Assembly (NCBI RefSeq): GCF_006345805.1
Contig: NC_042997.1
Location: forward strand, 29,884,001-29,948,000
From: Octopus sinensis
Lineage: Eukaryota
Direction of reading: 5' to 3'
DNA: 64,000 bases
The position numbers and the translations under genes were made by a program. Positions 40,230-53,559 of this stretch are shown here, one piece after another. Every line of letters starts with the position of its first letter. The stretch's first letter is position 1. The notes under the pieces are model-generated. The model was not told the origin of the DNA, made no database searches, and saw only the letters and a program-made list of their open reading frames with translations.

Positions 40230-40530
40230 TAATAACATTATTATTGTTATTATTATTACTATTATTTTTATTTTTATTTTTATTTTTATTTTTATTTTTA
40301 TTTTTATTATTATTATTATTATCATTATTATTTCTTTTTATCACAGGTTTTGTTGGAGTACCTAGAGTCTTATATGCGCTGTGGGCCTGCTACCTGCAGC
40401 CTATGGTACCATGCTATCCAATCTTTGCAGCTATCTAACACGTTGCTGATTATTCTGGCCGTGCCAAGGAGGCAAACCTTTTGTAACAACAGATCTACTA
40501 GACACCCTATGTCAGTTTCCTATATATTCC
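40230..40530 (-). mobile_element. R4/Dong-like non-LTR retrotransposon extreme 3' end with (AAT/AAAAAT)n tail
   Basis: LLLQKVCLLGTARIISNVLD followed by short UTR and TAA-type repeat. Confidence 0.65.
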
Positions 40531-40854
40531 CCTTGATGACTTCTGAAGCTTTATCATATTGGATTAAGTACTTAACAGTGAGTGTTTTTTTGTTTTTTGT
40601 TCGTCCTTACGTTCTGAGTTCACATTCCACCGAAGTCGATCTTGCCTTTGATCCTTTCGAAGTTTATAAAATAAATATCATTCAAGGGCTGGGTTCGATT
40701 GTAATCGACTGGTCGCCTCTCCCAAAATTTCAAGGCAAAGATATAGTCACATCTAGGATGATGCATTCCTTTTTCCTTTTCCAGGGTCATAATACCTGGT
40801 CCCTTGGCATGTATTTTGCGATCAGTTTATACATTAACATCCCATAAAATCTTA

Positions 40855-41600
40855 TTATTATTATTATCATTGTTGTTATTGTTCATGGTGAGCATGATTG
40901 CTTTCCTTTCGGGTTACAACCAGTTTTCTTAGATATGGAGGTCATTTCTTATAATCCTTACTGTTTTGAATAAAGCAAATTTCTGAATTAATGCAATTCT
41001 GGTTGTTACACCAATCTCAATATGGGAATTGTTAATTCTCATAGTGACGGCACTTATAAAAAAATGGCTATACACTGGTATTTCCTGATATCTCCTGTTC
41101 TTTGACCGCTACCTTTATATCCGAAGATATAGTCACATCTAGGATGATGCATTCCTTTTTTCTTTTCCAGGGTCATAATACCTGGTCCCCTGGCATGTAT
41201 TTTGCGATCAGTTTATACATTAACATCCCATAAAATCTTATATTGGTCGTTCTCTATTACACTTTCTGGTTGGTGTTCGTACACTTTTCTTCCTACTTCA
41301 AATTCTCTTTGCCGTAATATGTCCCAGTGTAGTGCCTTGATCACGCAGTCCTATCTGTGTCTATATTCCTTCTGTGCCTAAGAACTACAGGAACTTATGT
41401 GCATAATGGACTCCTCTTTATGATTACATACACTGAACTTTGTACTTTTCGCTGTTTTTTCTATTTTGGCCTTAATGATATTTGTCTCAATGACTCGGTT
41501 TGAGAAGACATTATAAATCCTTCTACTTCTTTCTTAACGTCTCCATACTCTGGCCATCCTCAGCATTCCTCTGCGGTGACATCCCGTGTTGTCTGAGATT
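40855..41600 (-). mobile_element. R4/Dong-like element 3' part (Zn knuckle and restriction-like endonuclease)
   Basis: KKEVEGFIMSSQ..VCNHKEESIMHI.SSCSS.AQKEYRHR.D.VIKALHW..KILWDVNV.TDRKI..ECIILDVT; (TAA)n tail at 40855-40880. Confidence 0.8.
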
Positions 41601-41619
41601 CTGAGTGTGTAGTTCTTTT

Positions 41620-41669
41620 CTTTTCTTTTATTATTATTATTATGATTATCATCATCATCATCATCATCA

Positions 41670-41700
<31 letters not shown>

Positions 41701-42120
41701 CATTATTTATGGTTTCCTTTATTATTACTTTATTTCAGTTGTCTTACTACCGGGCATCCTCCGGAGACCAAGAGTAGCAAGGGCACTTTTATTTTGCTAT
41801 GCAGGGAGTTGTTTAATATACTTCTCAGCTCCCTTGTTTTTTGTTCCCAACGCACCAATTACTACTTGTATTAACATTGTACTAAGCTTCCCCATTTTTA
41901 TGATTTCAATTTACAGATCTTTATAGTGAGAAAACCTTTTCGTATTCTTTTCTTGAGACATTTTGGTTTGATCTTGTGGGACAGACATTCTTACTAGCAG
42001 GCAAGTTGCTCTGATGTAGTCCTAGATCACATTGTCTGGTCGATTGGAGTCAATTTTTCTATCTGTGTGTATTGGAAAGTTCCAAAGGATGGTGGCGCCC
42101 CCGCTATTTACTTCATCCTC
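41620..42120 (-). mobile_element. R4/Dong-like element RLE domain with (TAA/TGA)n tail
   Basis: TILWNFPIHTDRKIDSNRPDNVI..CLLVRMSVPQD..HYKDL.IEI..VVIGALG. Confidence 0.85.
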
Positions 42121-42129
42121 TAGATGGTT

Positions 42130-43165
42130 ACTGTACAACTTATCCTGACCCGTTTTCCGTGGCTGGATCACCGCAATGTACAGCGACATCTGCTCGCTAG
42201 TTTGTGCGTAACTGCACGCCACTGCACACCACTGGCTCAAGAGGCACTACTGCAGAAACTGGAGGCGTTGAGAAGCATCTCACGGGAACTAGGTTGTGAG
42301 AGAACTGTGTCAGCATAGGCAGACGATGTAACCGTCATAGGCACAAAGACCTAGTCGGTACTGCTCTAAAAGAGTACGACGCGGTGACAGGAGCAATGAT
42401 TAACCGAGTCAATTTAACTAAGTCAATTGGTTTACAACTCGGCACCAATAGAAGTAGGTCCATGCTGTCCAATAACATCGTGGGACGCTGGACGTGGGTG
42501 GGGACCGGTTAAATCGCTCGGAGTCTAGTTAGATTCGGATATCCAAAGGGAGAAGAATGAGGTGACGAGCAGAGTAGTTACTTTCACCTATACTTGGGCC
42601 GATAGAAAGCTATTCCTAAAAGATCGGACAGAGGTGGTAATTTCTTATATTGTCTCCGTTATATATTATTCTCATGTCTTGCCCTAGTTTACGTCTGACC
42701 CAACTGGAGCGGACACTATTCCACTTTCTGTGGAAAGGACGCGTTCCACTGGTCAGGCGTTCCATTTCCAGCTAACACTTGCTGAATGGAGGACGGGGCA
42801 TTCCGTGGCTAATGATGCGCAAACATGTGCTGAGGTTGCCTTGTTGGCGAGTAGATGTGGTCGTCGTTTGTCACACGATTTTCTACGGCTCATGTCTATA
42901 ACTGAGCTGCAGTTCTAGGTCAAGCTTAGACAGAGTCAGAGTGCCTTGCACCCAATTAGGCGCTCATAGTCCTCAGTCAGTTTGGCAATGCGGTCGATGG
43001 AAGTTCCACTCTGGCGTTCTATGGAACATTAGTGGCAGGCAAGTGCGACGACGTTCTAGGGGAGACTCTGGGCGTTGACTAGAATCATCTGGCTGTTCTG
43101 TTCCGGAAGGCTTTTGGGCTGGGGCCTATGGATAGTTTCCACAATTCGAAAGAGGTTGTCTGGTG
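42130..43165 (+). mobile_element. L1/Tx1-like LINE RT remnant
   Basis: VSA*ADDVTVI..GTALKEYDAVTGAMIN..KSIGLQLG..LERTLFHFLWKGRVPLVRRSI..GGRGIPWL; frameshifted, GC-richer than flanks. Confidence 0.8.
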
Positions 43166-43749
43166 GACCAGATTCAGAGTTTTTTTTTATACTACATGCA
43201 TACTTACAGCTACAGACTCGCTGGAAATATTGAAGCTACGGCTGTATAGAAATTTGATATTCATATAATGTTTAAATTTATAAATGATCTTTCGAAGGGC
43301 CATCGACAGTAATTCCGAAATAGAAACGTTATCGCTAAGCTCGTGTTAACAACATGCAAAAGTTATTTGGGAGTCGTAGACATAATAAAATTAAACACAG
43401 GAAGAAATATTACCAAGATAAACCAAATGATATTTATAGTAGCCTTAGTAATTACAAAGGGAAGTGAGTTTTCCTTCACATAAAAAATATCGAAACCTAA
43501 GTAATCAATATTAAAGTCAAAGATAAAACAAAAAATTAAGCAAAATATATTTTAATGAAAGGAGATGAATGGGAAAGTGGAGAGATAAATACTAGAGATA
43601 TCAATTTTCTGGCTGAAATATTTTACAGCCTCATATAAACTACTTTCAAAATAGTTTTATAGGCAATTTAAAGAACGGTAAAAAATGTAGTATATAAACA
43701 GGAAAATCTAAGAACTACATCCCTAGACCCTCATTAGAGCTTACAAAAG

Positions 43750-44470
43750 TCGGTTGTAACAGCATCTCTGAGGATAGCTATATGGATAAACACAACTCAT
43801 TTCTACAAGATCATATGGTTCTAACGACCAGTTATTTATCTATGAAACAATAAATGAAAGAACTATAAAAAGTAAAAGAAGGCTGAGTGAAATGCATAAA
43901 TTCAGTAATAGGCATGAATATTCTGTCACAATGTACTGCAGCAGATATCATGAGTTGTTTCAACTGGGTGCTGAGCAAAATCCGCAATTTTAAACCAGAG
44001 TACAAGACAAAAGTATCCATCATATTTAGAATAGAATACACAGAAGCACTATATTTACCAGAAGCACTGGAAGTACGAGACTGTTACGAAACGAACATTA
44101 TTCGGTAGGGTTAATCATATAAAAAAAATGAAGCACGAGAAACATACGAATACCTACAAAGCACAAGCAGACAAAATACCGTTTCTTTTCAAAGATGTCA
44201 CCCCACAAAAAAAAACAGAGACGACTGTGAAATTTATTGAGCAACAATAGAAATCGCTAATGAATACTAAACACTAATGTAAAACACAAAAAGAATCAGG
44301 GTTAACGTGATGGCAAAGAGAGAGTAGGAAAGAAGATGCTTTCTGCCAACAAATATAATAGAAATTAGTACTGCCTATCAAGTACACAGTAAGTATAGGA
44401 TATTCGATAAAACGGAAAATATTCACTGCAGATATTCAACGCATGCAACGTTCATTCGGTTATGTCGAGG
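43750..44470 (+). mobile_element. Possible very decayed R4/Dong-like RT C-terminal remnant
   Basis: CFNWVLSKIRNF..KTKV..LYLPEALEVRD resembles INWT.SEI..LDRKTRK..RLYLPRKEGGRG. Confidence 0.35.
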
Positions 44471-44522
44471 AGACACATATGATATTTAAATAAAACTAGA
44501 AAAAATTGAATGCTGATTATGT

Positions 44523-44568
<46 letters not shown>

Positions 44569-44669
44569 AGGGGGAGGAAAATGGAAGGGTCAATTTCAGT
44601 TACTAAGTCTCAAAACCAATCAGGGGACAACAAAGAACAGGATACAACACAGTTGGAATTTTGATTCCA

Positions 44670-45466
44670 ACTGTATTGGATCATCTGAAATAAATCTGCA
44701 CGGTAAAGAAGCTGGACAGGCGGATACCATGCGAAGTGAACGAACATCAAATGACACGTTGTCTTGAAAGCTGCTGTTTTTTAATACTGTGACGGCATAA
44801 AAGCGAACCATTTATGTATCGTATTCTTACGTGTGAGGAAAAATGGATTCTTTTCAATGATATCAAGCGTTCTGCATTGTGGTCGGATAGAAACGATGTG
44901 CCTTAAACACAATCCAAAAAGGAATATTCACCAAAAACGCTAATGGTGATTGTTTAACGGTCCAGCACTGGTGACATCCACTACATCTTCAATTATATCG
45001 GATTTATACATCAACCAGTTGGATGAATCGATGATTGAACTTGCAATTAAACAACCGAGATTGGTCAATAGAGACAGGCCAATTCTCTTGCAAGACAATG
45101 CTCGACTACATGTTGGACAAACAACGCTTCTCAAGTTACAGAAACTGAACTTGGAAGAATTCTGCCATCTACCATATTCACCAAACGTTGCACCAACTGA
45201 CCGCCACGTTTTCCAGGCATTAGACAACATTTTGTAAGGAAAAAAAATTCAAATCTGAAGAAGATGCAAAAACAGCCTTTCGTGATTTCATCACCTCCTG
45301 CTCTCCAGAATTCTACGCTACCGGCATAAATAAGATAAAGAGAAAATGACTAAATTGTGTTCATAATTTAGTTGCATATTTTGAATAACTGTATTGCTTT
45401 CTGTCGAGATAAAATAAAATAAATTTTCAGTTCAAAACCGATCACTTCATTCTTAATTCCCTGATA
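44670..45466 (+). mobile_element. Mariner (DD34D-type) transposon remnant, 3' two-thirds
   Basis: KKLDRRIPCE..RILTCEEKWILF..ILLQDNARLHV..HLPYSPNVAPTDRHVFQALDN; probable 3' TIR ending about 45466. Confidence 0.9.
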
Positions 45467-46882
45467 TTAGTACACACGGTATGTTGACGTATATAAAAGT
45501 GCCAGTTTTTTCCTAACTTACACACGTACATACGAAAACACGCACACACACACAACAACTACAACAACAACAAAGAAACACACTCCGATATCTTCAATCG
45601 ACAGTTATCGAGAGACGTTGTCGCTTGAGATACGCAGCAAAACGTTATTCTTTTTTTTATTTTATTCAGCTGCGGTAAATTTGGTGATCGACGACTTCTC
45701 TGTTGAGATACAGCCATACTTATTTCAGTTCTTCCAAATGTGTTTTCTTCTATGCCGTCTATTTTATCATTATTTTCATAGGAGTTGCTTAGTGATTTAG
45801 CGAGGTACTTATCGTTATTTTCTCATACATCCTCATCGACGTTATTTTATTCTTGCATTTATATTATTAATGTTAGTGTTGTTAAAATGTTAATGTTATT
45901 TTGGAAACCGTTTGCAATACTCAAATGTATCCCATTCTCTTTATTTCCTTTAGAGGAAGGTCACTACATTTATTTTGGTAAACATATGTAACCTTCGTAG
46001 CCATATTGAAATGCTTTTTGTTCTATAGCAATAATAAATAACAAGCAACCACTCCTAAATGGAAACATGGAATTCAACTTTGCTCTTTCTTGATGTAACA
46101 ATAAAATAAACATGTCAAATTCCATGCTGATGTAAAGTAAAAATCACTAACTATAACAAAAAAAATACACGAAAATGACTTCAATAATAATACGATTATT
46201 CTAACCTTGCCGATTTAATCACTTTACTATTTGACTGACTTCTGAAAATAAATACAAATTCGACCTTGGCAGAATTTGAACTTATCACCTTCAAGGACTT
46301 TATTCACTTATTGATATCTAACCAATTATATATTCTGCAGCTTTCTTCTTTTAGTGACGAAGGAATTTACACGAATGGACACTCATATATATATATATAT
46401 ATATATAAATGTGCACACAAATACATGTGTGTGTGTTTCTCAGTGGGATATATGTCCTCATATCAAATTATATTCATAAGTTGTTAAATAAACAGCTTGA
46501 GCCATGATAAAGGACAGTTCAATGGGGGCCACATTTTATGATCGAACCCATGTTCACGTGATTCTAAAGTAAATTTTTAACTATATTTCTGTCAGCGCCA
46601 ATCCTCCAGATGTTATTTTATTGAAATCATATCACTGATCTGAACTTATTGCCAGTGAGATTGTTGTGACAGATGACACTCGTAGGATGAAGCCTCGCAT
46701 TGTAGGCATATCAGATATAATACATTTCTAAATTTACTACACGTATTACTCGTGTAGTCAATTACGATAATGTTAAGTACACAATTATCTGGGACATTGC
46801 TCGAAGATTGTATCTGTAATAAGGTCTGTCCTTTGTCCATGGTGAAAGAAAACAACTTGTTCACAAAGGAGTAGTCCTTCTA

Positions 46883-47483
<601 letters not shown>

Positions 47484-48547
47484 TGCACTGACAGTAGTCT
47501 ATTTTTCCATTACAAGTAGATATGCTTCACCTCTATCTATGGGGACCGATCTGTTGGGACAGACATATGTTCCTCGGAGATATAGATTAAAATTGACAAT
47601 AGGATGTGAGTCGCTGATGCTTCAGTTAACAATTGCCTGATATTCTACCAACGTAAATATATTAGACGCTTTTAAATTGCATTTACATCTGTTTCAATAA
47701 AACAATAATCAATATATAGTTGGTATTGATTTTAGCGAAAACAGGAGTCTGAAATGTAAAAATGATTGCCATAATGTCAAGTTATAAACTCTACACAAAA
47801 TGAAACGTAAACTCAACTTAATACTGCTTTCTTTTGATGAGACACAAACAGATTTTGAGTAGTTAATACTGTAAGTTGAACCGACAGCAGTATACAATTC
47901 ATTATTTCAACTACCTGGAACCAAAAGTTCAAAATTTAGATGGACAAGACAAATAGGTTTATTGGTTCACTACAACGCTCAACTGTTTCAAGCCTCGACC
48001 AATCTGCATACCTGATTCTTTATTTCACATCAGATATATTTCGGTGTCATTACCCTTGTCAATATGGTCAAAATTTATCATTGAACGTAAAAGATTGTTT
48101 ACTAATTATTGATGGAATTTCAAAGCGCAAATGTTTCTTGTTTGAGATGCTCAAATCATATGTTAAAACATGAGTATGTTCGATGGCATCGAGCTTCAGA
48201 ATAAATTACATGTCAATCCCAAAGCTCCAATACCATAGAACAAAGGAATTGTGGAATTAGAAACGTCAGTATCATTTTCAGAGATTTATTTACGAATGCA
48301 AAATCAAATGTTTTCAACGATGGTTAACATGGGTGTCTGGTTGCACCTCCATATATCAGACACTTTTATACAATAAGAATAGAAAGCCATGGTCCAATAG
48401 ACTCAAGGTTAAGCTTCTTTACTTCGGCCCTTTCTTCACATTCATACACGTACAAATAAAATAAAACAAACATTTGATAATTCTTACCTGACACATACAT
48501 TCAAGGCAATCCTGTGGAATTGGACCTACAATGCAAAATAAACCATA

Positions 48548-48583
<36 letters not shown>

Positions 48584-48588
48584 TATCC

Positions 48589-48700
48589 CTCTGATGAAGG
48601 GATATAATTAATAAATATCACGGAAACAGCTGTAAGACCTTCTATATATAAATGTTCTAATATTTACACAGCCTTGGTTTTTTATCTCATTACACAGAAA
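48589..48700 (+). mobile_element. PLE-tail fragment with HHR motif (48589-48636) between (TA)n tracts
   Basis: CU-CUGAUGA-AGGGAUAU-(9)-AUAUCACG-GAA-ACAGCUGU-A-AG: intact core, palindromic stem III, GUA site; stems I and II weakened. Confidence 0.65.
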
Positions 48701-48959
48701 TTCTTATATATATATATATATATATATATACATACACGCATACATGCATACATACATACATTCGTACATACATACATACATACATACATACATACATACA
48801 TACATACATACATACATACATACATACATACATACATGCATACGGAAGCAAATAGGATGAAAAAACACAGATTTGTTTTATAAGACTAAAGAATATATTA
48901 GAATCATAATAGCAAATGTATTATACAATATTGTACGAAATAAGATTTTTTGTTCTTCC

Positions 48960-49990
48960 AATACGATAACCGATTTCGCTATCGTTTTTGAAATTTTTAG
49001 TTTTGGATGCAATTGTGTATTAGACATTGCATGAAGTTTTCAGAGGCGCAAGTGAAGAGTTAATTTTGAATTTTTGTCCTTGTCCTTCCAAAAGATTGGG
49101 ACATGTTCCGCAGTTTGGACGAACACACCTTTTTACTCTTGCGTCCATCATTCTTGAGAATAATTCAGTATTTGTGAGGATCTTTTTAATGTCTTCGGTT
49201 GTTTACTGCTTTTAATGATTTTATGGGTACGTAGAATTTCCTTCAGTTTGGGGCCATTATGGAGTATATCTAGGAATGGGAGTTCTTCTTGATTGTGTTC
49301 CATTGTAAATTGTATGTTGGTGTTAATGTTATTAAGGAGTCTTTTCAACTCCAATAAAGTATCTATGTTTTCTTTCCAGATGATGAAGCAGCTGTCCAAA
49401 ATTCTTCAATTTTCTTTTATGTATTGAGAGAGAGGGTTTCCAAATTTTGAAAATGACACGTGATACATTGTTTTTTTAAAATTTCCCATTTTTAGGTTGG
49501 AAATGGTCGGGGCTGCCCTGGTTCCCATGGCAATTCCGGATTTTTGACGATAAACAATGGCGTCAAACATGAAACGGTTGCCTGGAAAGATTAATTTTAT
49601 TGATTCGGTGATGAAATCTTTGTTGATCCGTTCTTGTATTTCTTCTGGATATTTGTCCAGCCAGAACCGGATTGCGTCTACTTCATAATTATGGGGTATG
49701 TTAGTGTATAGGTTTATCACATCAAATGAAATCATAACTGCTTCTTCTTTGATCTTTTCAAGTAGTCATCTCTAATATAACTTCTGATGTATTTTGGAAA
49801 TGGTTGTTGGAAGAATAAAATCTTATTTCGTACAATATTGTATAATGCTTTTGCTATTATGAGGCTAATATTCTCTCTAATCTTGTAAAACAAACTTTCT
49901 TTTTTCTTTCCGTATATATTCAACCACGTGCAATCACCCACCATACTTTCTATCTTTATTTTTATGTTTTGGTTTATGTTTTTCACTGTT
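48960..49990 (-). mobile_element. Second Penelope-like element remnant (RT, Cys-rich linker, start of GIY-YIG)
   Basis: ISFDVINLYTNIPH, YRQKSGIAMGTRAAPT, NIQFTME..LPFLDIL, KRCVRPNCGTCP. Confidence 0.9.
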
Positions 49991-50024
49991 TGATTTGCCT
50001 AATAGTGGTTTTATCTCTAATTTA

Positions 50025-50063
<39 letters not shown>

Positions 50064-50175
50064 TAATGTAGGATAAAATTTTTCAAAAGATTCTATCAAT
50101 GGCCAGCATGTTAAAAAATACCTTTAAAGGTATTTTGTTTATATCTTTTGTTGATATATATATATATATACATAT

Positions 50176-50214
<39 letters not shown>

Positions 50215-50217
50215 AAA

Positions 50218-50879
50218 ATGAAACAAGAAAGCCAAGTCAATGTGAAATTTATACAACATTTGATAAAGAGAAACGTAATCTTATAGATCTTTCAGGGATA
50301 TAAAGGATATCTCATCATCAGACACAATATAATAGAGTTAAACAGAAGAAAATAGTAGAGTTGAGTATAAGAAGTTATTATGGAAAGGAAGAGATATAGG
50401 AAGGAAAAAGGGAAATAAAGAATAAATATATATAATATAAATATAAAGAATATATATATATTCTTTTATTATTTTACTGGTTTCAGTTATTTGACTGCGG
50501 CCATGCTGGAGCACCCCCTCCCTTTAGTCGAACAAATCGACACTAGGACTTATACTTTGTAAGCCTTGTACTAATTCCATTCTAAGTAGAAGAAACTTAC
50601 TCAAGATGTCACGCAGTGGGACTAAACCTGAAAACAAGTGGTTGGGAAGCAAAAATATTAAAATACTTATATTTTTTTATATTTCCCTTTATACTTCCTA
50701 TATCTTTCCCTTTTCAAAATAACATCTTGTATTGAACTCTACTATTTCCTTCTGTTTAACGTTGTCATATCGTCTCTTATGATGGGATATCATTTATATA
50801 CCTAAAACAGCTGTAAGACCACCTTTCTCTTTATAAAATCTCCTAGAAATTTCGCACTGCCTTGGCTTTCTTGTCTCAT
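50218..50879. mobile_element. Inverted pair of PLE-tail copies with decayed HHRs, enclosing a deleted family E SINE (about 50465-50660)
   Basis: 50218-50445 vs 50685-50879; HHR-like 50325-50279 (minus) and 50772-50820 (plus); same family as 48589. Confidence 0.75.
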
Positions 50880-51019
50880 ATTATTCAAAATACATACGAC
50901 CCGCGTTAGACTCCTCACTCATACTATTAACGAACCGGGAGTCTAACAACGCTTCTTCCGTAGCACTTACATAGACTTACCTGCCTTTTAGATCTTCTGG
51001 ATACACAAACCTCTCAGAT

Positions 51020-51340
<321 letters not shown>

Positions 51341-51697
51341 TGTACATATATATTTTTGTATGTCTGTGTGTGTGTGTCTGCCTATCTCTAGGTAATAGTA
51401 ATTAATGGCTGGAAAAACATTTACATGAGATGTTACACATACAGATTCATATACAATATGAAGATAAGTTGAGATCGATGATGCATATTATGCAAATACG
51501 TGTATGTAATGAGGCAATATTTATAAACAACAAATATTGAGAATAATCATCAACTCACATTAAGCATGAAGTATTAGTATCATTAATCTGGAATCAACTA
51601 ATATTTTCGTCGGAAGCATGAGTTGCAAAGACATTGCCATAATAATCATCCCCATCATAAAAAAGATGAAGGGAGAAAAATTGATTACTGTTGGAAA

Positions 51698-51748
51698 GGT
51701 GAGTAGGGGGAAGTGGTGAGTAGGGGGAAGTGGTGAGTAGGGGGAAGT
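51698..51748 (+). repeat. 17-bp minisatellite x3 (GGTGAGTAGGGGGAAGT)
   Basis: Three exact tandem units. Confidence 0.9.
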
Positions 51749-51974
51749 GGAGTAAAATGGTGGGAAGTGAAGGGTCACTTACCCTCTTTTATCCCTTTAT
51801 TATTCGCTTGAGCTATGTACTACCAATAGAGAACACATGTTCTGCAGTATTATTTTACTCAGATAGGGTAGCTAGATTATAAGACATTCGAGAAGTGATT
51901 CACTGAAAACATATACATGTATGTACATACATATATATGTAGCATATATACATAATATGTATATAAAGTGTAAA

Positions 51975-52130
51975 ATCCCCTTCGGTGCTGAATGACCATG
52001 AGAATGCACCTAGAATGATACCCTCTGAGGCACCAATTCGGGCAAGGTTGTTTATGTTAGACCAGCAGTCGCCTTTGCATACCAGCTTCCTCTCTCCACA
52101 CCATTGATGTTATTAAAGAGATGTTATTAA
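51975..52130 (-). mobile_element. Family C SINE 3' fragment
   Basis: CCCCTTCGG..GAATGACCATG..GCACCTAGA matches 23171-23330. Confidence 0.75.
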
Positions 52131-52183
52131 AGAGTCCTGATATACTTATTGATTAGACCTCATATACATACACACACACACAC

Positions 52184-52266
<83 letters not shown>

Positions 52267-52585
52267 CAGATATATATATATATATGTATATATAGCTAGA
52301 TAAACATAATCTTAAAGACCATATTACTACCATGGAAAATACTTAACGCAGAAATGCATATAGATACATACATAAATACAAGCATGCATGCTTACATACA
52401 TACATACATAAATGCATACATAAATACGTACGTACATACATACATACATACATACATACATACATACATACATACATACATACATACATACATACATACA
52501 TCTATACATACATACAGAAAAGCATGCATGCTTTCATACATACATACCTAAATGCATACATACATACGTACATACAAAAACGTAC

Positions 52586-52631
<46 letters not shown>

Positions 52632-53059
52632 TACATAGCACTTACACTCATACACATACACATATGTACACACAGAAATAATTATGCTGGTATATCTGTG
52701 TAGTGACAAATACTTATTAGTTGGTATTAAGGGTTAATCAACGCTATTGAATTCTCAAATTAAATATTGATTCATACTACTTCGTTACTATAATCTATAT
52801 TTAAGCCACTAGTTTACGTAAATCCTATTAAAGCACATAATATTATATACTAAATTAGCACCATAACAACTCCTCTCTACAAAACATATTCGATGACCTG
52901 TAATAAACAAGCATTTGGTACAGAAATATTTTGAATCAAACATTTATGAGCCAATAATATTAATAGTTATATTACTGTTACACGAACGAAAATACGCGAA
53001 CAACACACACGGAAAATCAAGGTGAGCCAGTGGAAAGTGCAGACACTCATGCACACAAG

Positions 53060-53143
<84 letters not shown>

Positions 53144-53152
53144 GAGTAGATC

Positions 53153-53183
<31 letters not shown>

Positions 53184-53201
53184 TTATAATAAGAGTAGGT
53201 C

Positions 53202-53255
<54 letters not shown>

Positions 53256-53280
53256 AGAGTATATATATATATTTATAAGA

Positions 53281-53342
<62 letters not shown>

Positions 53343-53346
<4 letters not shown>

Positions 53347-53545
53347 CGGAGATGTACTCGCATAGCAAGTGATTTGATCTGAGATCGTGTGCTGGAACGA
53401 AAACAATTGCAGCGTGGAAGGTGTTTGTAAGCCATTTAAGAAACACACAAAAGCCGTTCGATTCACTTCAACATTTAAGTTTACTTTGTCAAAATATTTT
53501 CGTCGCTAAAATCCACGATTTGTTCGCTGACAAAAATCCGTGCTG
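53343..53545 (-). mobile_element. Single-arm copy of the 17-kb foldback family, with decayed G3:C8-type HHR, 3' end abutting (TA)n
   Basis: Near-identical to 16966-17098 plus the 17215-17272 extension; core reads GCGAACA. Confidence 0.85.
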
Positions 53546-53559
53546 TTTGTGTATATATA

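Noticed and set aside
40350-40847. 165-aa ORF
   Set aside because: Composite of an antisense R4/Dong end, a SINE fragment and a duplicated antisense RLE segment.
47900-48540. Possible LTR-integrase remnant
   Set aside because: Only one vague motif resemblance (NKGIVE); not supportable.
51698-51748. CRISPR-like or regulatory array
   Set aside because: Perfect tandem repeat without spacers in a eukaryotic context; no CRISPR array anywhere in the window.
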